From positions 62,001-126,000 of the forward strand of contig JAQGDQ010000433.1 in the NCBI GenBank assembly GCA_030141605.1: DNA of 64,000 nt. Direction: 5' to 3'. Below, in pieces: positions 1-48,927 of the stretch. The position numbers were made by a program, and so were the translations under genes. Under the pieces are notes generated by a model that saw only the letters and a program-made list of their open reading frames with translations, made no database searches and had not been told where the DNA came from. This DNA comes from Tubiluchus corallicola (taxonomy: Eukaryota; Animalia; Priapulida). Each line of letters starts with the position of its first letter. Position 1 is the stretch's first letter.

Positions 1-332
1 TATAAAGGAGCCAAAGCAATGAATAAACAGACCTGTAGAAAAGAAATAGATACAGTAACAGATAGCTAAGTGGTTGAAAATAAAATTAATGGAATTGAAC
101 TACTTTGCACATTAAGAGAAGGCTTATCAGGGTGCATAGATGAACTTTCTTTTATTAATAAGTTCCAGTTTTTCGTAGCTCTGGTCACAATGCTGAAATT
201 ATTCAAATCAGCTTTGTGGCCAGAGGCACAAATATAGTCATTAATACTGGATTGAAGAGAATTTTTTAATTTCTTGCCATTTCTAAATGAAATACCGAGC
301 TGTTCATATATTCTTATTTTAAAGTGCTTCAC
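1..332 (-). mobile_element. Penelope-like element remnant (GIY-YIG endonuclease C-terminus and 3' UTR)
   Basis: Degenerate ORF HFKIRIYEQLG...NNFSIV...LLIKESS...KPSLNVQ resembles the end of a Penelope GIY-YIG domain. The same nucleotide sequence recurs at about 29640-29800 (-) and 43620-43730 (+). Confidence 0.75.
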
Positions 333-741
333 ATTATCTTACTTTAAAGTATATTAATTTTGCTTGTAAAAAAAATTCTAAATAATTTAAACTGTTTATG
401 CCAACTGGTAAGATTATATATATATGTATAACCTTTATTTGCCATTAAAATACATTGATAATCAGTGAATAAAAACTTTACAAAGATGATCGATCAGTGT
501 TACTTAATAAAAACTTACACTACTAAAGGCAAATGCGTAAGTTCAATCTAAACTAACTGTGCAGTAATGGAAAGTAACGACGAATAAAAATAAAACGTAT
601 TTACAACTATTCACAAAAAAATAAAAATTATGATTTAATTAATATGGTCGTGGGTACAGAAATTCTGAATTAGTGTGTATGTTGTCGTGCTGGTGCGATG
701 GCATTTCACAGCTGGTTAATATTAATAGTTTTAATTTTGTT

Positions 742-1221
742 TTAAATGCTGATAGGAACCTGATTTTTTAAGCTGTAATAGTAGGAATTCCAAAATAGAA
801 TTGCTTGCTTAATTACAGAGTTCGTTCCATAGTTGTTATTTGTCCTAATTTGTCTTAGATTATTTGTTCTGGAATTAACGATGGGATTTGGAAAAAAGCT
901 AAATCTGTTATTTTGAAATGGTTTGTTGATGTTGTTAATGTATTTAAATATAATAAGTAAAGTAAAATATTCTTTGTGTGCTTTAATGATTGGAAGTTTT
1001 AAAGTTTTTCTTAGGATAGTTGTTGAACCTTTCAATATTTGTCTTCCTGTCTTATGTTTGTATGAGTACCCAGCTATCAATCTCGACTGTGCACCACTAA
1101 CTAACCATTTGACGCAATTGACATTATTAATCCTATTGACAACGTCAAATAAGTTAAACTTTTGCTTAACTAGTGAAGAGTAATTTAAGATTGCTTTGAT
1201 TATTTTTCCAACTTTACGCAA
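742..1221 (-). mobile_element. Non-LTR retrotransposon (LINE) ORF2 C-terminal relic
   Basis: ORF resembles the post-RT region of LINE ORF2 (LRKTLKLPII...LLIIFKYINN...NLRQIRTNNNYG...AILFWNS). A paralogous decayed copy lies at 35326-35703. Confidence 0.55.
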
Positions 1222-1254
1222 TATTGTCTGAACTTGTTTAAAACGAATTACTGC

Positions 1255-1907
1255 TAAAACAGTCTTCGCGGGAGTTTAACTTTCAAGGTTTATGTAGCGT
1301 TGCTGCTATCGCAAGACCTGTATGCGGTAAGATAGCATGTCGGTGATACAAAATTTCAATCTTCAATTTAAAATTTGCCGAATTTTTGTATATCACACTG
1401 AATGTTGTACAATATCACTTTACTTCAATTTGCACTTTTGCAAACACGTGCAACACGCTCATGGAATGTTTGTGCTGCTGAAAATTATGTTAGTTTGTGA
1501 TGTCGTCACTAGATGGGCTCGCGCAAACACGTGTAACACGCTCATGGAATGTTTGTGCTGTTGAAAACAATGTTCAGCTGTGACCTCCTCACTAGATGGG
1601 CTCGCGCAAACACGTGTAACACGCTCATGGAATGTTTGTGCTGTTTAAAAAATGTTCAGCTGTGACGTTATCACTAGATGGGCTCGCGCAAACACGTGTA
1701 ACACGCTCGTGGAATGTTTGTGCTGTTGAAAACAATGTTCAGCTGTGAAGTCATCATTAGATGGCCTCGCCTGCTGTTAAATTTAGTTTTTAATCTGTTA
1801 TTTAATGATAAGAAACGCTTTGGCATTATTATAGGTGTTAACATGTATACAATTTGCCGTACTTCAAAATGGAGTAGGCCATGAAAAATCATCCTGTTTT
1901 TCTTTAA
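1255..1907. mobile_element. Kolobok-like non-autonomous DNA transposon with an internal ~83-bp tandem array (4 units, 1440-1770)
   Basis: Ends in AAAAATCATCCTGTTTTTCTTTAA, like the copies at 37140-37732, 44384-45009 and 46940-47314. The unit CAAACACGTG..CACGCTC.TGGAATG starts at 1441, 1524, 1607 and 1689. Confidence 0.6.
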
Positions 1908-3214
1908 GCTTTATACGTCAAATGACCGTGAAATGAAATCTTCTCTGCTTCAGTTTTTCTTTACGCAACGGGCTTCCATTTATTGATATCGATCAAAATC
2001 ACAATCAGAGAAATTCACTTAAACAGCCAGCGAACAAGAATCCTGTTTGCTTAAATGTAAAATATTGAACTTTTTCTTTCTCTGCTGCATTTGGTCTCGT
2101 ATGCAACTCTTTCGTGTTTCAAAGCGATACAATTTACGGCGGCTTTTGTTAATTAATGAAGGAAAATAAAACCGTTTAGAAAAATTCATTAAAGAGGCGT
2201 GAATAATTTAGAGTTAGAAGCAACGTAACTGCTGAACAGCAGAAAAGTAAAACGGCAGCTGTTGAAATTGACAGCAACAGAAGAATAGAAACTAATGATA
2301 ATGAATATCTTTAAAGACTGAATGACATAATACGGGCTATCAAGGTCACTTTCCTCTTCCTGCCTGTGAACTTCATTGAATTCCACAAGTCATTGGTTAT
2401 ATTAATGTATGTACACAATAATTAGTCTAACTGGTCCAACTTTTTCACAAAATTTGATTGGTGGATTGATACCCGTTTAAGTAGGAACTTTATTTTTGGA
2501 CCAACATGGGGAGGTGTGGCTTTAATTTTGGTTAAAAATGTTGTATTTTTTCGATCTAACATAACAAAAACTTGTGTAATTAAAAATTTGGAACTTTATT
2601 TTGGAGCAAGATGTTTTTGTGATTTAGTTTTAAATTAAATCTACTGAAATTCTTTGATGAAATGAAATTCACGACAGAATTTTCGCTACGCACGCAAACC
2701 ACTTGCCCTACAGTGTAATTTCTTCCCCTATAAATTTATGTTAACAGTTGGTTTTCCTAACCTACTTCATAATTATATTACTTCTTTCAATTAGCAGCGC
2801 TACACATTTTTTACAAGTTACAACAACCTGAGAAGGGTAGCTGACTTGATGACCAATTGGTCTTTCGCTACCCTTTCTCCTTCACCCTTAACTCTTTCCT
2901 TTATGCATAATTCATCCTTTTTAATTAATAACTATAGTAATAATAGTCTGTTTGTATCCTGGTGTAAATGAGGAAATAAATAAAATGTCTATGTCTAGAA
3001 TTGTAAGTCGGATTATAAAACGTTTTTGTACCATTATGCGCAACTCTTATTTCATTAGAGTCCAAAATAAAACCCTAAACTTATTCCATTTGAACTAAAA
3101 GCATAATGACTTTCTCACAAGGCCATACATTATACAGAAACATTATTACTGTATGTGATATTTTTAGTATAGAAAAACGCCATGATGATGAACTTCTACG
3201 CACTGAACAGCGAG

Positions 3215-3594
3215 AATAAGCCTTTTCATGGTTTCGCTGTGCGCGCGCGCTGTTGTTGTAGGTCAAAGGTTAAGTGTACCACATCAACGCGTCATAACGT
3301 CTCGTGACGTGTGTATAAAGCAAAGGCGTCTTCAGCACCAGCTCTGTAACTTAAGGCGCTTTACGTGGACATACTAGTGGACACTTGTTTTACGTGGACT
3401 TGCTAGCAGGATTTTGCTTGGGAACAAGAAAAAATGAACTAGGTAAGGTTCTAGCTAGCTGTTAAATCTGTTACTATTACAATAGCATTGGCTGCGAGGC
3501 ATTGTCAAGTGTACACAAATGTGTTGTTTGGTACACGTAACCTTTGACCTTTTCGTGATCATCATCAATCGCTGGAACTGCCAAAAGGCTTATT
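3215..3594. mobile_element. MITE family A (PHIS superfamily, Harbinger/ISL2EU-like), copy 1
   Basis: Terminal inverted repeats AATAAGCCTTTT...AAAAGGCTTATT, with subterminal inverted GGTCAAAGGTTA. Nine copies in the window. Confidence 0.8.
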
Positions 3595-3669
3595 CTATAT
3601 TGTGAAAGCAGTCTATCGAACAAGTAATTCTTTTTTACCACGTAGCTTTTTGAAGTGTGTTTATTCCAG

Positions 3670-30965
<27,296 letters not shown>

Positions 30966-32084
30966 TAAAAATGAATGATACTGAAATATGATAATAAGTT
31001 AGTTAAATATGTGGTTAATTGGAAATTTGTAATTAATAAGTATACTGGTGTACAATATATATATATATATATAATGTACTTACGGACGTGGTGTTGTCGG
31101 CAAACGTATTTCCGATAAGACATTTACTGTGTGTATATATATATAAGGTTAAAATTAGATTTATTCTACTGCAAGGTTAATTATGAAGTTTTCTGTACAC
31201 AGTAAGAACATAGTCTTCTGTAACTTAGTTGTATAGCGAAGTCACCGGCTCATCAACTACGTAATTGCATATGTTGTTATAAAAGTGTAGGCTGGGATAG
31301 TTTCCTGGGAAAAACCTGTCTGGTTCGTAAAATACCAGGAACGGGTTTTTCCTTACATATATTAAATAGAGGTTACTTTTATAACGTCCTCTAAACTACT
31401 TATACAGTATATAACTGTGTACAGATTAAATATATACTAACAATTATTATCGTAAAATCAAAGTAACGTCTAAACTTTATTTTGCATTATTATTATCGTC
31501 ATTCAATATGCACGTCTCACCTTGTAATATTATTGTAAATAAGTATTCGTATCATGATGTTTTAATCAATTGCTCTTTGCGTTTATTTTTATCTCTGACT
31601 AGGAACTGCAGTGAAGATCAACAACTACTAATTTCTAATAATTATGCTTTTCGAGAAATTTCTTTTAAATAAAAAAAAACCTTTCAGTCTGATTGTATTA
31701 ACATCCCACATTTCAAGAGCAAAAACTAAAAAATTTCATTACTGTTGTATTACTAGGCTATTGTCAAGAATTTATCTATAGGTTTAGTAACTGATGTCTG
31801 TCTGAATCCCGAATGTCTGAATTTGATATCCTGTTTTGGAGTGATTGTAATTCTTTTATTCTACTAAATATAAAATAGAAAATTAAAATCTACTGGCATT
31901 GGCCAATTTTATTAAAAAGTTACATTTGTTTAGTTAGATTGTAGTTAATTAATCAATCAAAAATGTCAGTAAATAAATCAAAATTGAATAGAAATTTACG
32001 TTGTTGCGGCATATATCTAATGATGAATTTCGCAGCTTACACAAGAGAAAATGATCAAATACACAACAGAACAGCATAATGACT

Positions 32085-32390
32085 GCTCACTGACTCCGGC
32101 AGCTCCTGCAGCCAATCTGGTGCCAAACGAATCGCTCCGCTTTCCCTTGGACTACACCAGCGAGGAAGAGAGGGGGTTCCTGTTGTCTGGGCAACTCAGG
32201 ATCTCCATACATCTTGCCCAGGCGTGCGCCCTGGAGTAGTTCAAGGATTGCACTGCTCAGCCACAGTCGATGCTGCAGCTCCATCAATGACTCTCTTGGC
32301 GCACACTCCGTTGTCTTCCGAGACAGAAGGATACCAATAATAATAATAATAATAATGTTATTATTACTATTATTAATAATAATAATTCAT
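32085..32390 (+). mobile_element. Short non-LTR-type retroposon (SINE or RTE-like 3' end) with a (TAA)n tail
   Basis: GC-richer block ending GTCTTCCGAGACAGAAGGATACCAA(TAA)n. An inverted second copy at 53893-54042 ends GGATGCCAACAAC. Confidence 0.6.
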
Positions 32391-32768
32391 TTCGACCGAC
32401 GGAGATGGAGTGAAAAATTCACATGCTAAAATTTCTGCATGATTTTCTCTTTATGGTTTAACAAAAATAAGACAATGGAATTAAGTTAAAACCCAGTTTA
32501 ATATAACTAAAATCTACATAAAATTCTATATACTATACTGTATTTACAATGCTACGGCTTGTTAACATTACAAGTCAGATATATAAATTAAAGGCTTTTA
32601 CATCTGATACTATTAAATACATAAATTACATACACACATATATATATGAGATGGCATATTATTTTTGAAGTAAGCTAGTTCACTTGTATTTGGTTTCTAG
32701 TTTAAAAAAATTATTACATTTATTTCAAAGGCATTTTTAATATTGTAGTTCCAAATGTTTGAATCTGT

Positions 32769-35700
32769 CTACTTGCTGAAAAAATTATTCCTCAGTATGT
32801 TCACTATCGTCTGAATGTTCGAATAGCTGTTAACTTTGAAGATGTGGCTTGGACTTGTGGCCATACAGGTTAGTTCAGCATCGTTCACATTTCCAACTCC
32901 CATGACAAAAATTTCAACACCTGCAATACGAGATGATTAGTGTTTTAAATAAATTTCCATTCATTAAGCCTCATTTTCAATAATATGATAATTACATAGA
33001 GCATCGTGTCTTAAAAACGCTTTTTCAACATAATCAATAAGTGCCTTAATTGCTTCTAAATCATTACTTCTCATAAGGAATAAAAATATCAGCATCCATC
33101 AATATGAACATTTTATAACAAAGTGTAATACATCCTTGATTTCATTTATTAAACACTGTGATCATATAAGATTCTCAGACGGGATTTTTCCAGGTTTAAC
33201 GTACCTCTTTCAATAGACAATATAAAACACAACCTACCTTTGGATTTAATGGTCGCAGCTGTAGCACAAGGATCGCCACCTGCGTTGGATTCGCCATCGG
33301 TCATGATAAATACAGCTTTTTCTGCATTAGCTCTGCCGTGTCCGAATATGCTATTCGTTCTGTCTAATGCCGGTTTCGTTGCTGTTGCAGGGCCATCTAC
33401 ATTGAAAAAAAGAAAATTACGATTCTGCTTACAAAGCTCTACTGTGAATATATTGTTGTTTATGCAATGAGCAGTGTATTAGAAATATAACTTTTAACCT
33501 GGTGTCTATGTGGTCACTATTAATTACATGTATTCGCATAGCGGTTATATTCAAGCAGACTGCGCAACTGCTTGTTGTGTAACACCTTGCACCTGTTCGT
33601 TATGTAGCACTTATATAAAAAGCTGCCTCGGTAACTGCCTGTGGTGTGTTATAAATGGCGCCCTTTACTTGAATATGAATACAATTTTTTTCTAAAATTT
33701 GACGCCTTAGGCTATAGCCTAGTTAGCTTATTGGTTAATACGCCCCTCTCTATCCTTAATGGTCTGTTCAAACTAGCCAGTTTTCTGTCTGACAGCAAAC
33801 TAGCAAGTGTGAACTACTTGCTAGTCGTTGATTTACTGTATAATGTGAATGCTTCGGCGAGTTACTCTCCACACTTCTCGCAGTGTGAGCTCAGGCTTAC
33901 TGTTGGAGAGTAACTAGCTGCAAGTTAGTCTCACCAGTCTGAAAAGGCTTCCGAGTTACTTCGTGGCCACGTCGTAGTGTGGTCTGTTTATTGGTATTTG
34001 TTGTCATCACAATAAGCCTTTTCACAGTTTTGTTGTGCGCACGCGCATTTGCTGCAGGTCACAGGTTAAGTGTACCACAGCAACTACGTTGATTACAACC
34101 GTCACGCGGGTAAAGCAAAGCTGTCTACCGAATTAATTCTATAACTTTAGTTGTCTCTTGTGGACTTTACTTAATTATTGCATTAGTATTTGTGTAGAGT
34201 GATTTACTAGCAGGATCTTGCTTGGGAACAAGAAAAAATGAACTAGGTAAGGTTCTAGCTAGCTGTTAAAACTATTACTATTACAACAGCATGAGCTGCG
34301 AGGTGTTGTCAAGTGAAAAGTGTGTCAAGTTTAACGAATGCACGTTGAAATACGTGAAATTCTACTGAGTGTAAACTTATACTCACTGCAGTAATTAATG
34401 TTCTTTAGAGCTTGTTTAACGCCATTCAGTGTATTCTGATGACTGTTCGCTTCCAGAATGTAATCAAATTCTGTGACGATTTGGTTAGCAGCCCCGAACG
34501 AAACGACAGCAATCCGAATCCCGTTTTTGGTTATCCCGTTTTCCTGGTCCAAAAAGTCCATGATATCCTGTAAAATATTTCATATATTTTATTGGGTAAT
34601 TACAGTTACAATTCACACAATACGCACACAATCTACAAAGATATAAATACAACGATACGTATATAACGCTACAAAAACATATCAGCACTATTAATATATT
34701 ATAGTTGCTTTTTTAATTTATAACAATTACAACCTAATAACTAAATTGCGTCAATTATATGCAGTTTCAAACGTTTCAATGATAAAGAACGTAACATAAA
34801 TATAAACTAAAAATAAATTTACTTACGACTAGCGCTTGAGTGCCTATCTCAAATTTGTCCTTCTGAACGCTTCCACTACAGTCAATAGGGAACACCATGT
34901 CGACTGGGGTAGGATTTGGGACAGCGAATTGGGCAATTCCTCCCGAAGCTGACTTACTGGCTGTCCTACTGGCTGTTCTAGCCCTGGAACTAAATTTTGT
35001 AATGAAGCTTTCGTGAAGAGCTTTTGCTTGTGCGTTCAGTTGTGCGTTCTCTTGATGTTGTACGAAAAAACTCGCTGAAATAAATTTAAAAATGAGACTG
35101 TAGTGTGAGCTGAAATAAATTTAAAAATGAGACTGTAGTGTGAGTAGTAGTAGTAGTAGCAGTAGTAGTAGTAGTAGTAGCAGCAGCAGCAGCAGTAGTA
35201 GTAGCAGTAGCAGTAGCAGCAGCAATAGAGTAGCAGTAGTAGCAGCAGCAGCAGTAGCAACAGCAGTAGCAGTAGCATCATCAGTAGAGTAGCAGTAGCA
35301 GCAACAGCAGCAGCAGTAGCAGTAGTAATTGATTGTTCGTTCTAATGTTTCTTAAATTTAGTGTTCTGTTATTCATACCTGGGTTTTTAACAAGTGGGAG
35401 CTTATTGTTTTTGAAAGGAGAATTAATATTGTTGATATATTTACAAAGAAACAGGAGAGTTTGATAATCTCTGTGGGCTTCTAATATCGGGATTTTCATG
35501 GAGTTTCTTAAAGAGGTGGCGGAATATTTACTTGTATTGTGAGAAGATTTCAAAGAATGGCCATTAACTAATCGTAAATGAAGTACATTTAATTTGATGT
35601 ACGACTCTCTTTCCACTTTTTGGTACAGCATGCAGGCATACAAATAATGGGGCAAAATTAAAGTTTTGTAATTTAAGTAAATTGTTACACCATTATTATA

Positions 35701-36240
35701 CACTATGATTGTTGTTTATTAAATATCCTAGATAACGATAGATTAACACGAATATCGTAGAAGTGTAAATAATCTTTCTAAAAACGGTTATTCTAGCGAT
35801 TGGTTAACGTTTCGATAACGTACCCGTTTTTCACTAAGTAATTAACTAACTTTTTTACTAATTAAAGTTAAACAAAAGTATTTTAATAGATTATTATTAT
35901 TATTATTTATCTATTATTTAATCATCAGAAACGCATTTGCGGTATTAATCGTGTTAAAATGTAAACTTTTATCATACTTGAAAATTGGATAGTAAATGAA
36001 CAATCATAATGTCTTCCTTTTTTGAACAAATTCAAATTATAATTAAGTAAATTATTACACCATTATTATACACTAACTTTTTACTAATTAAAGTTAAACA
36101 AAAGTATTTGAATAATTATTGGACTTACGTAATTTTTTGCCCAGTAAAGTTTTCAGCTGTCCATTGGCAGGTAGGACAGCCATAAAAATAACAATCGCTA
36201 TAACGCTCCACAATCTGTTCTTCTTCACGAAATTTTCCAT
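32769..36240 (-). CDS. Secreted protein with a single von Willebrand factor A (VWA) domain, 283 aa
   Basis: 5 phase-consistent GT-AG exons: 36240-36129 (ATG and signal-peptide-like MENFVKKNRLWSVIAIVIFMAVLPANG), 35074-34827, 34567-34387, 33396-33238, 32920-32769 (TAG). VWA motifs: DMVFPIDCSGS (MIDAS DxSxS), IRIAVVSFG, ATATKPAL, AVFIMTDGESN, GVEIFVMGVG, ELTCMATSPSHIFKV. Confidence 0.9.
34012..34330. mobile_element. MITE family A, copy 8 (truncated, in a VWA intron)
   Basis: AATAAGCCTTTTCACAGTTTTGTTGTGCGCACGCGC..., with the same internal sequence as copy 1. Confidence 0.75.
35143..35326. repeat. (TAG/CAG)n microsatellite
   Basis: Direct reading. Confidence 0.9.
35326..35703 (-). mobile_element. 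LINE ORF2 relic, same family as 742-1221, in VWA intron 1
   Basis: YKTLILPHYLYA...LRNSMKIPILEAHRDYQTLLFLCKYINNINSPF aligns by eye with ORF 742..1221. Confidence 0.55.
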
Positions 36241-36337
36241 TGCGCCAAGTTTGTTACAAGTTTTCTAATTCTACGTACACAGTGTCTACAGTTGCGTTGT
36301 TCTGTTCAGCTTTATCAGGTAAACTAGAATTTCCTTC

Positions 36338-36345
36338 TATTTATA
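36338..36345 (-). promoter_or_regulatory. Putative TATA box of the VWA gene
   Basis: TATAAATA on the minus strand about 100 nt upstream of the ATG at 36240. Confidence 0.55.
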
Positions 36346-37139
36346 GGTGTGTAACTTTTGAAGCGGAAACCAGCAGCTGCTTCGTGATCAAGCTATAACA
36401 CCTGCTGCAGTACGTCCTGCTCGAAATTTCCCCAAACCGGACCGGAAATACAACATGGGGCGTCTACATACACCTTCTAAACTCTTCCAGGTGTTGACAA
36501 ACTGTTTGCAGTTTTAGGAAAGTAATCTTATTTTTTATTTTTGGCGTTCATTGTTTCGATCGCTTGGATAATTTCAAACAGGGAACTAATATTATAGTGC
36601 AAGAAGTCATCGCAATGTTTTAGGTCATGGATCCGCCCCCTGAGAGACGTCGTATAGGTTGTTGTAGTTCTAAATTGTTTATTGCTTGGTAGACCCTAAG
36701 GCTGTCAGTGAACCAGTAAATCGAGTTTGTCTCTTAGAAGACTCCTTGACGTTTTCACAGAAACGAGTATGACAAATTATAATGCACAACTTTGACAGTT
36801 TTGTGACGTTTTTCGAAAAATCACGCGTTGCATGTTGGGTGAATAAGTTAAGTGAATAAGATTTTCTAGGAAACCTTTGTACGTTTTTTGTTTTTTAAAC
36901 AATCTACTATATAATAGATTTTGTTCATTTTTATTAAAAAAAATCCAACGCTTCCACTACACGCCAGCAGTCATCGGTAAGGAAATAAATACGATCTAAA
37001 ATTCGGAAAAAACGAAAAAAATGTTAAAACTACTAGCAACGCTGGATTTTTTAATTAAATGTAATAAAATTTATTATCATAGCGGGTTATTTATGAAACG
37101 GATAGTGTTCTTGTTGCAATTAACTTAAAAACTTTACCT

Positions 37140-37732
37140 TTGTGCATTTTCTTTAACACAAAACCGGACACAATCTTAAACTGTAGGTCAAAACAATCTA
37201 CTCTTTGAAATACTGAAGGTAACATACCTTGAAAAATGACCTTTACGCGAAAGAATTATTACCAACAAACACAATTTCACGTTCGCGCCGCTAGTTCTTC
37301 ACTAGCCACTAGACCCTGCATTTCGGAAACGCATTGCACAAAAAACAGGTGCTGTACCTCTCGGTTCAGATTGTGACGAACTACACACGTTCGATAGCTC
37401 ATGCGTGAGCACAGCAGTAAATTTGAAATCTGAATATTTATCTTAAAACTTAACTAGTTTTAGTACAACACACTGAATATCTTACTGTAGCACTGTACTT
37501 CAATTTTCTCTTTCGCAAACACATGCAACACGTTCGTGGAATATTTTTGCTGTTGAAAATTGTGTTCGTTTGTTATGTCATCAATAGTTGGACTCGCCTG
37601 TCGTTAATTAAGTTTTTAATCTACTATTTAATTAATAGAAACTTTTTTGAGTTTTAATTGTATTATAATGTATACCTTTTATCGGATTCGAAAATGGGAG
37701 AGTATATGAAAAATCATCCTGTCTTCCTTTAA
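37140..37732. mobile_element. Kolobok-like non-autonomous element, inverted copy of 44384-45009
   Basis: About 600 bp of reverse-complement similarity to 44384-45009; ends in CCTGTCTTCCTTTAA. Confidence 0.7.
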
Positions 37733-38269
37733 GACAGGCGCTATTAACTAAGCTAACTATTAATTAAGCCAATTAATTAACTATTAACAAAACTCATTAC
37801 TCATGTCAAATTCTGTCTTTGAATGCAAAAACAAACAATATACGACTCAGAGTAGCAGAATGGTCTATTCAGCTGATAAATTCTCCATGGCTAAAGCTTT
37901 TGTGAGAAATAAAAAATAATTATTTTGAGACTACAATGGCAATTATAAGGAACAATGGCAATTATAAGAAACAATGGCAATTATAAGAAACAATGGCAAT
38001 TATAAGAAACAATGGCAAATATAAGAAACAAAAAAAGTTTTTAACCACTATTTAATTATCAGAAAGACATTGGCACTATTTTATGTGTTAAAATGTATAC
38101 ATTTTAGCGTAATTCAAAAACAGACAGAGTACGAAAAATACTGTTTTCCTTTGGGTTTTTAACACCTTAAATTTCTCTTGGACTGTTGCATATGTAAAAC
38201 AGTCGCGATTTCAAACATTCGTCGAAGCCACATCCATAGGTAGTTTTGACCTTGTAAAGGTAACATGGC

Positions 38270-38816
38270 ATACGAGAAAACTAGACAATTGTTTAGACTC
38301 AATCTCATTTTAATTTACTGTCCAAAACAATGTTTTTTCTTACCTATAAAAGTTAGCAATTGTTTCTTATATTTGAATAATTAGTTTAGAAAGTTAATTA
38401 ACGTTAACCAAACACAGCTATTGCTTACGTCATAAACTAACCACAGTTTGTGCAATGGCAGGCATCTTCCCTTGCGCGTCAAGCACGTTTGCGTAAGTGT
38501 TACCGCTTAAACACGTAATGTCACGAAAATGGACTCTACGTCATATAACGTCAGAAACTAACACTGCAGTTCATGGTCATTATCACGGTACCGCCTTCAA
38601 TTTGTTGGCCACGCGAACGTGACAAAAGGGCGCCGTTGCTAATCTTAGTAGATTCACTGAGCCGCGCCCAGCTTTCAAAGTTTAACGAAATTTGAGTATC
38701 CGAGGTAATCATTATTTAATCTAAGCTTTCATTTAAAAAAGCCATTGTAGTTTTCAATTATTTAGAGCATTCTTTATTCAGAACTCGTGTGTACACAATC
38801 GTTCGGTTTTCCTTTA
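38270..38816. mobile_element. TTAA-flanked non-autonomous element; second copy at 60795-61303
   Basis: About 500 bp of collinear similarity between the two copies; both end in CGGTTTTCCTTTAA. Confidence 0.7.
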
Positions 38817-39662
38817 AACTTGTGCCTTACTTATTTTGAGATATAATGAATATCAAATGTTATCAAAGCCTTCTGTCAAACTAACTCATTGGTAATGTGT
38901 AGATACTGTGTCTTAGAGAATAGAGAACATTCACATTCTACCCCCCCCCCACCGTTTAGGCGGCTTAATTATAGATTATTATCTCGATTAGTTTATATAG
39001 ATGATTGCACTGTTTAATATTGCTTGTTTATTTTCACTGTTATTTTGTGTATGTAAATATTGTAAAATTTACATGTTAGTATTACAATTAATCGTGTTTC
39101 TTTTTTGCAGTTATTAAACACAAGTAATTACAGTGGTCAACATATAAATACGTATCTCTTTTTATTCAAACTTTTTCGGGTTTGGTTACTAAAGAAAGGG
39201 TAATTTAGAAACCCCCTTTCTTTACGAAACGACTATAATTATCATTCAGCAAACTTAGAGTTTGAACCACCGAATTTCTGATTTATTTACTTAGAAAAAG
39301 AAAAATTATGCAGGACATTTTGCCCCAGATTTAAGCAGATCCAGATCCATTTTGCAGATCCAGTTGAGCTCTTCCGTTAATCAAACTTACCCCACTTTAT
39401 TATTAACCAGGAAAATCTCATTAGTTATCATAAGACTGACCTACTGTTATCATAAGACTGACCAATTTCAAAACTGTTCATTATAAGGCGGACCTATTTT
39501 TTCCTTAACATTTCTAAGGCTCGAGGAGACCTATTCGACACCCGTCAAGGATACGATCCGCCTTCTATCGCTACAGTTGCTCTTTGCCCAGTTTACATAG
39601 TCAAATAAATAGTAGAAACAACATTTTAACGTACCTTGGACGTGCTTTTGGAAGAGGACGAC

Positions 39663-48689
<9,027 letters not shown>

Positions 48690-48867
48690 GCCACGCAATT
48701 GTTATTATAGTGGAATAACACTTTTCAATCTCGGACTGTATGTTAGCTTTTCTACCCTAGTCTTTTCACTGTCTGGTAATTCGTACTGTAGCTGTCGTAG
48801 ATGAACATTTTAAGAAAAGAAGTTACTACGGGCGACAGATTACTGCAGTTATTGCTACACCACCACC

Positions 48868-48868
<1 letters not shown>

Positions 48869-48927
<59 letters not shown>

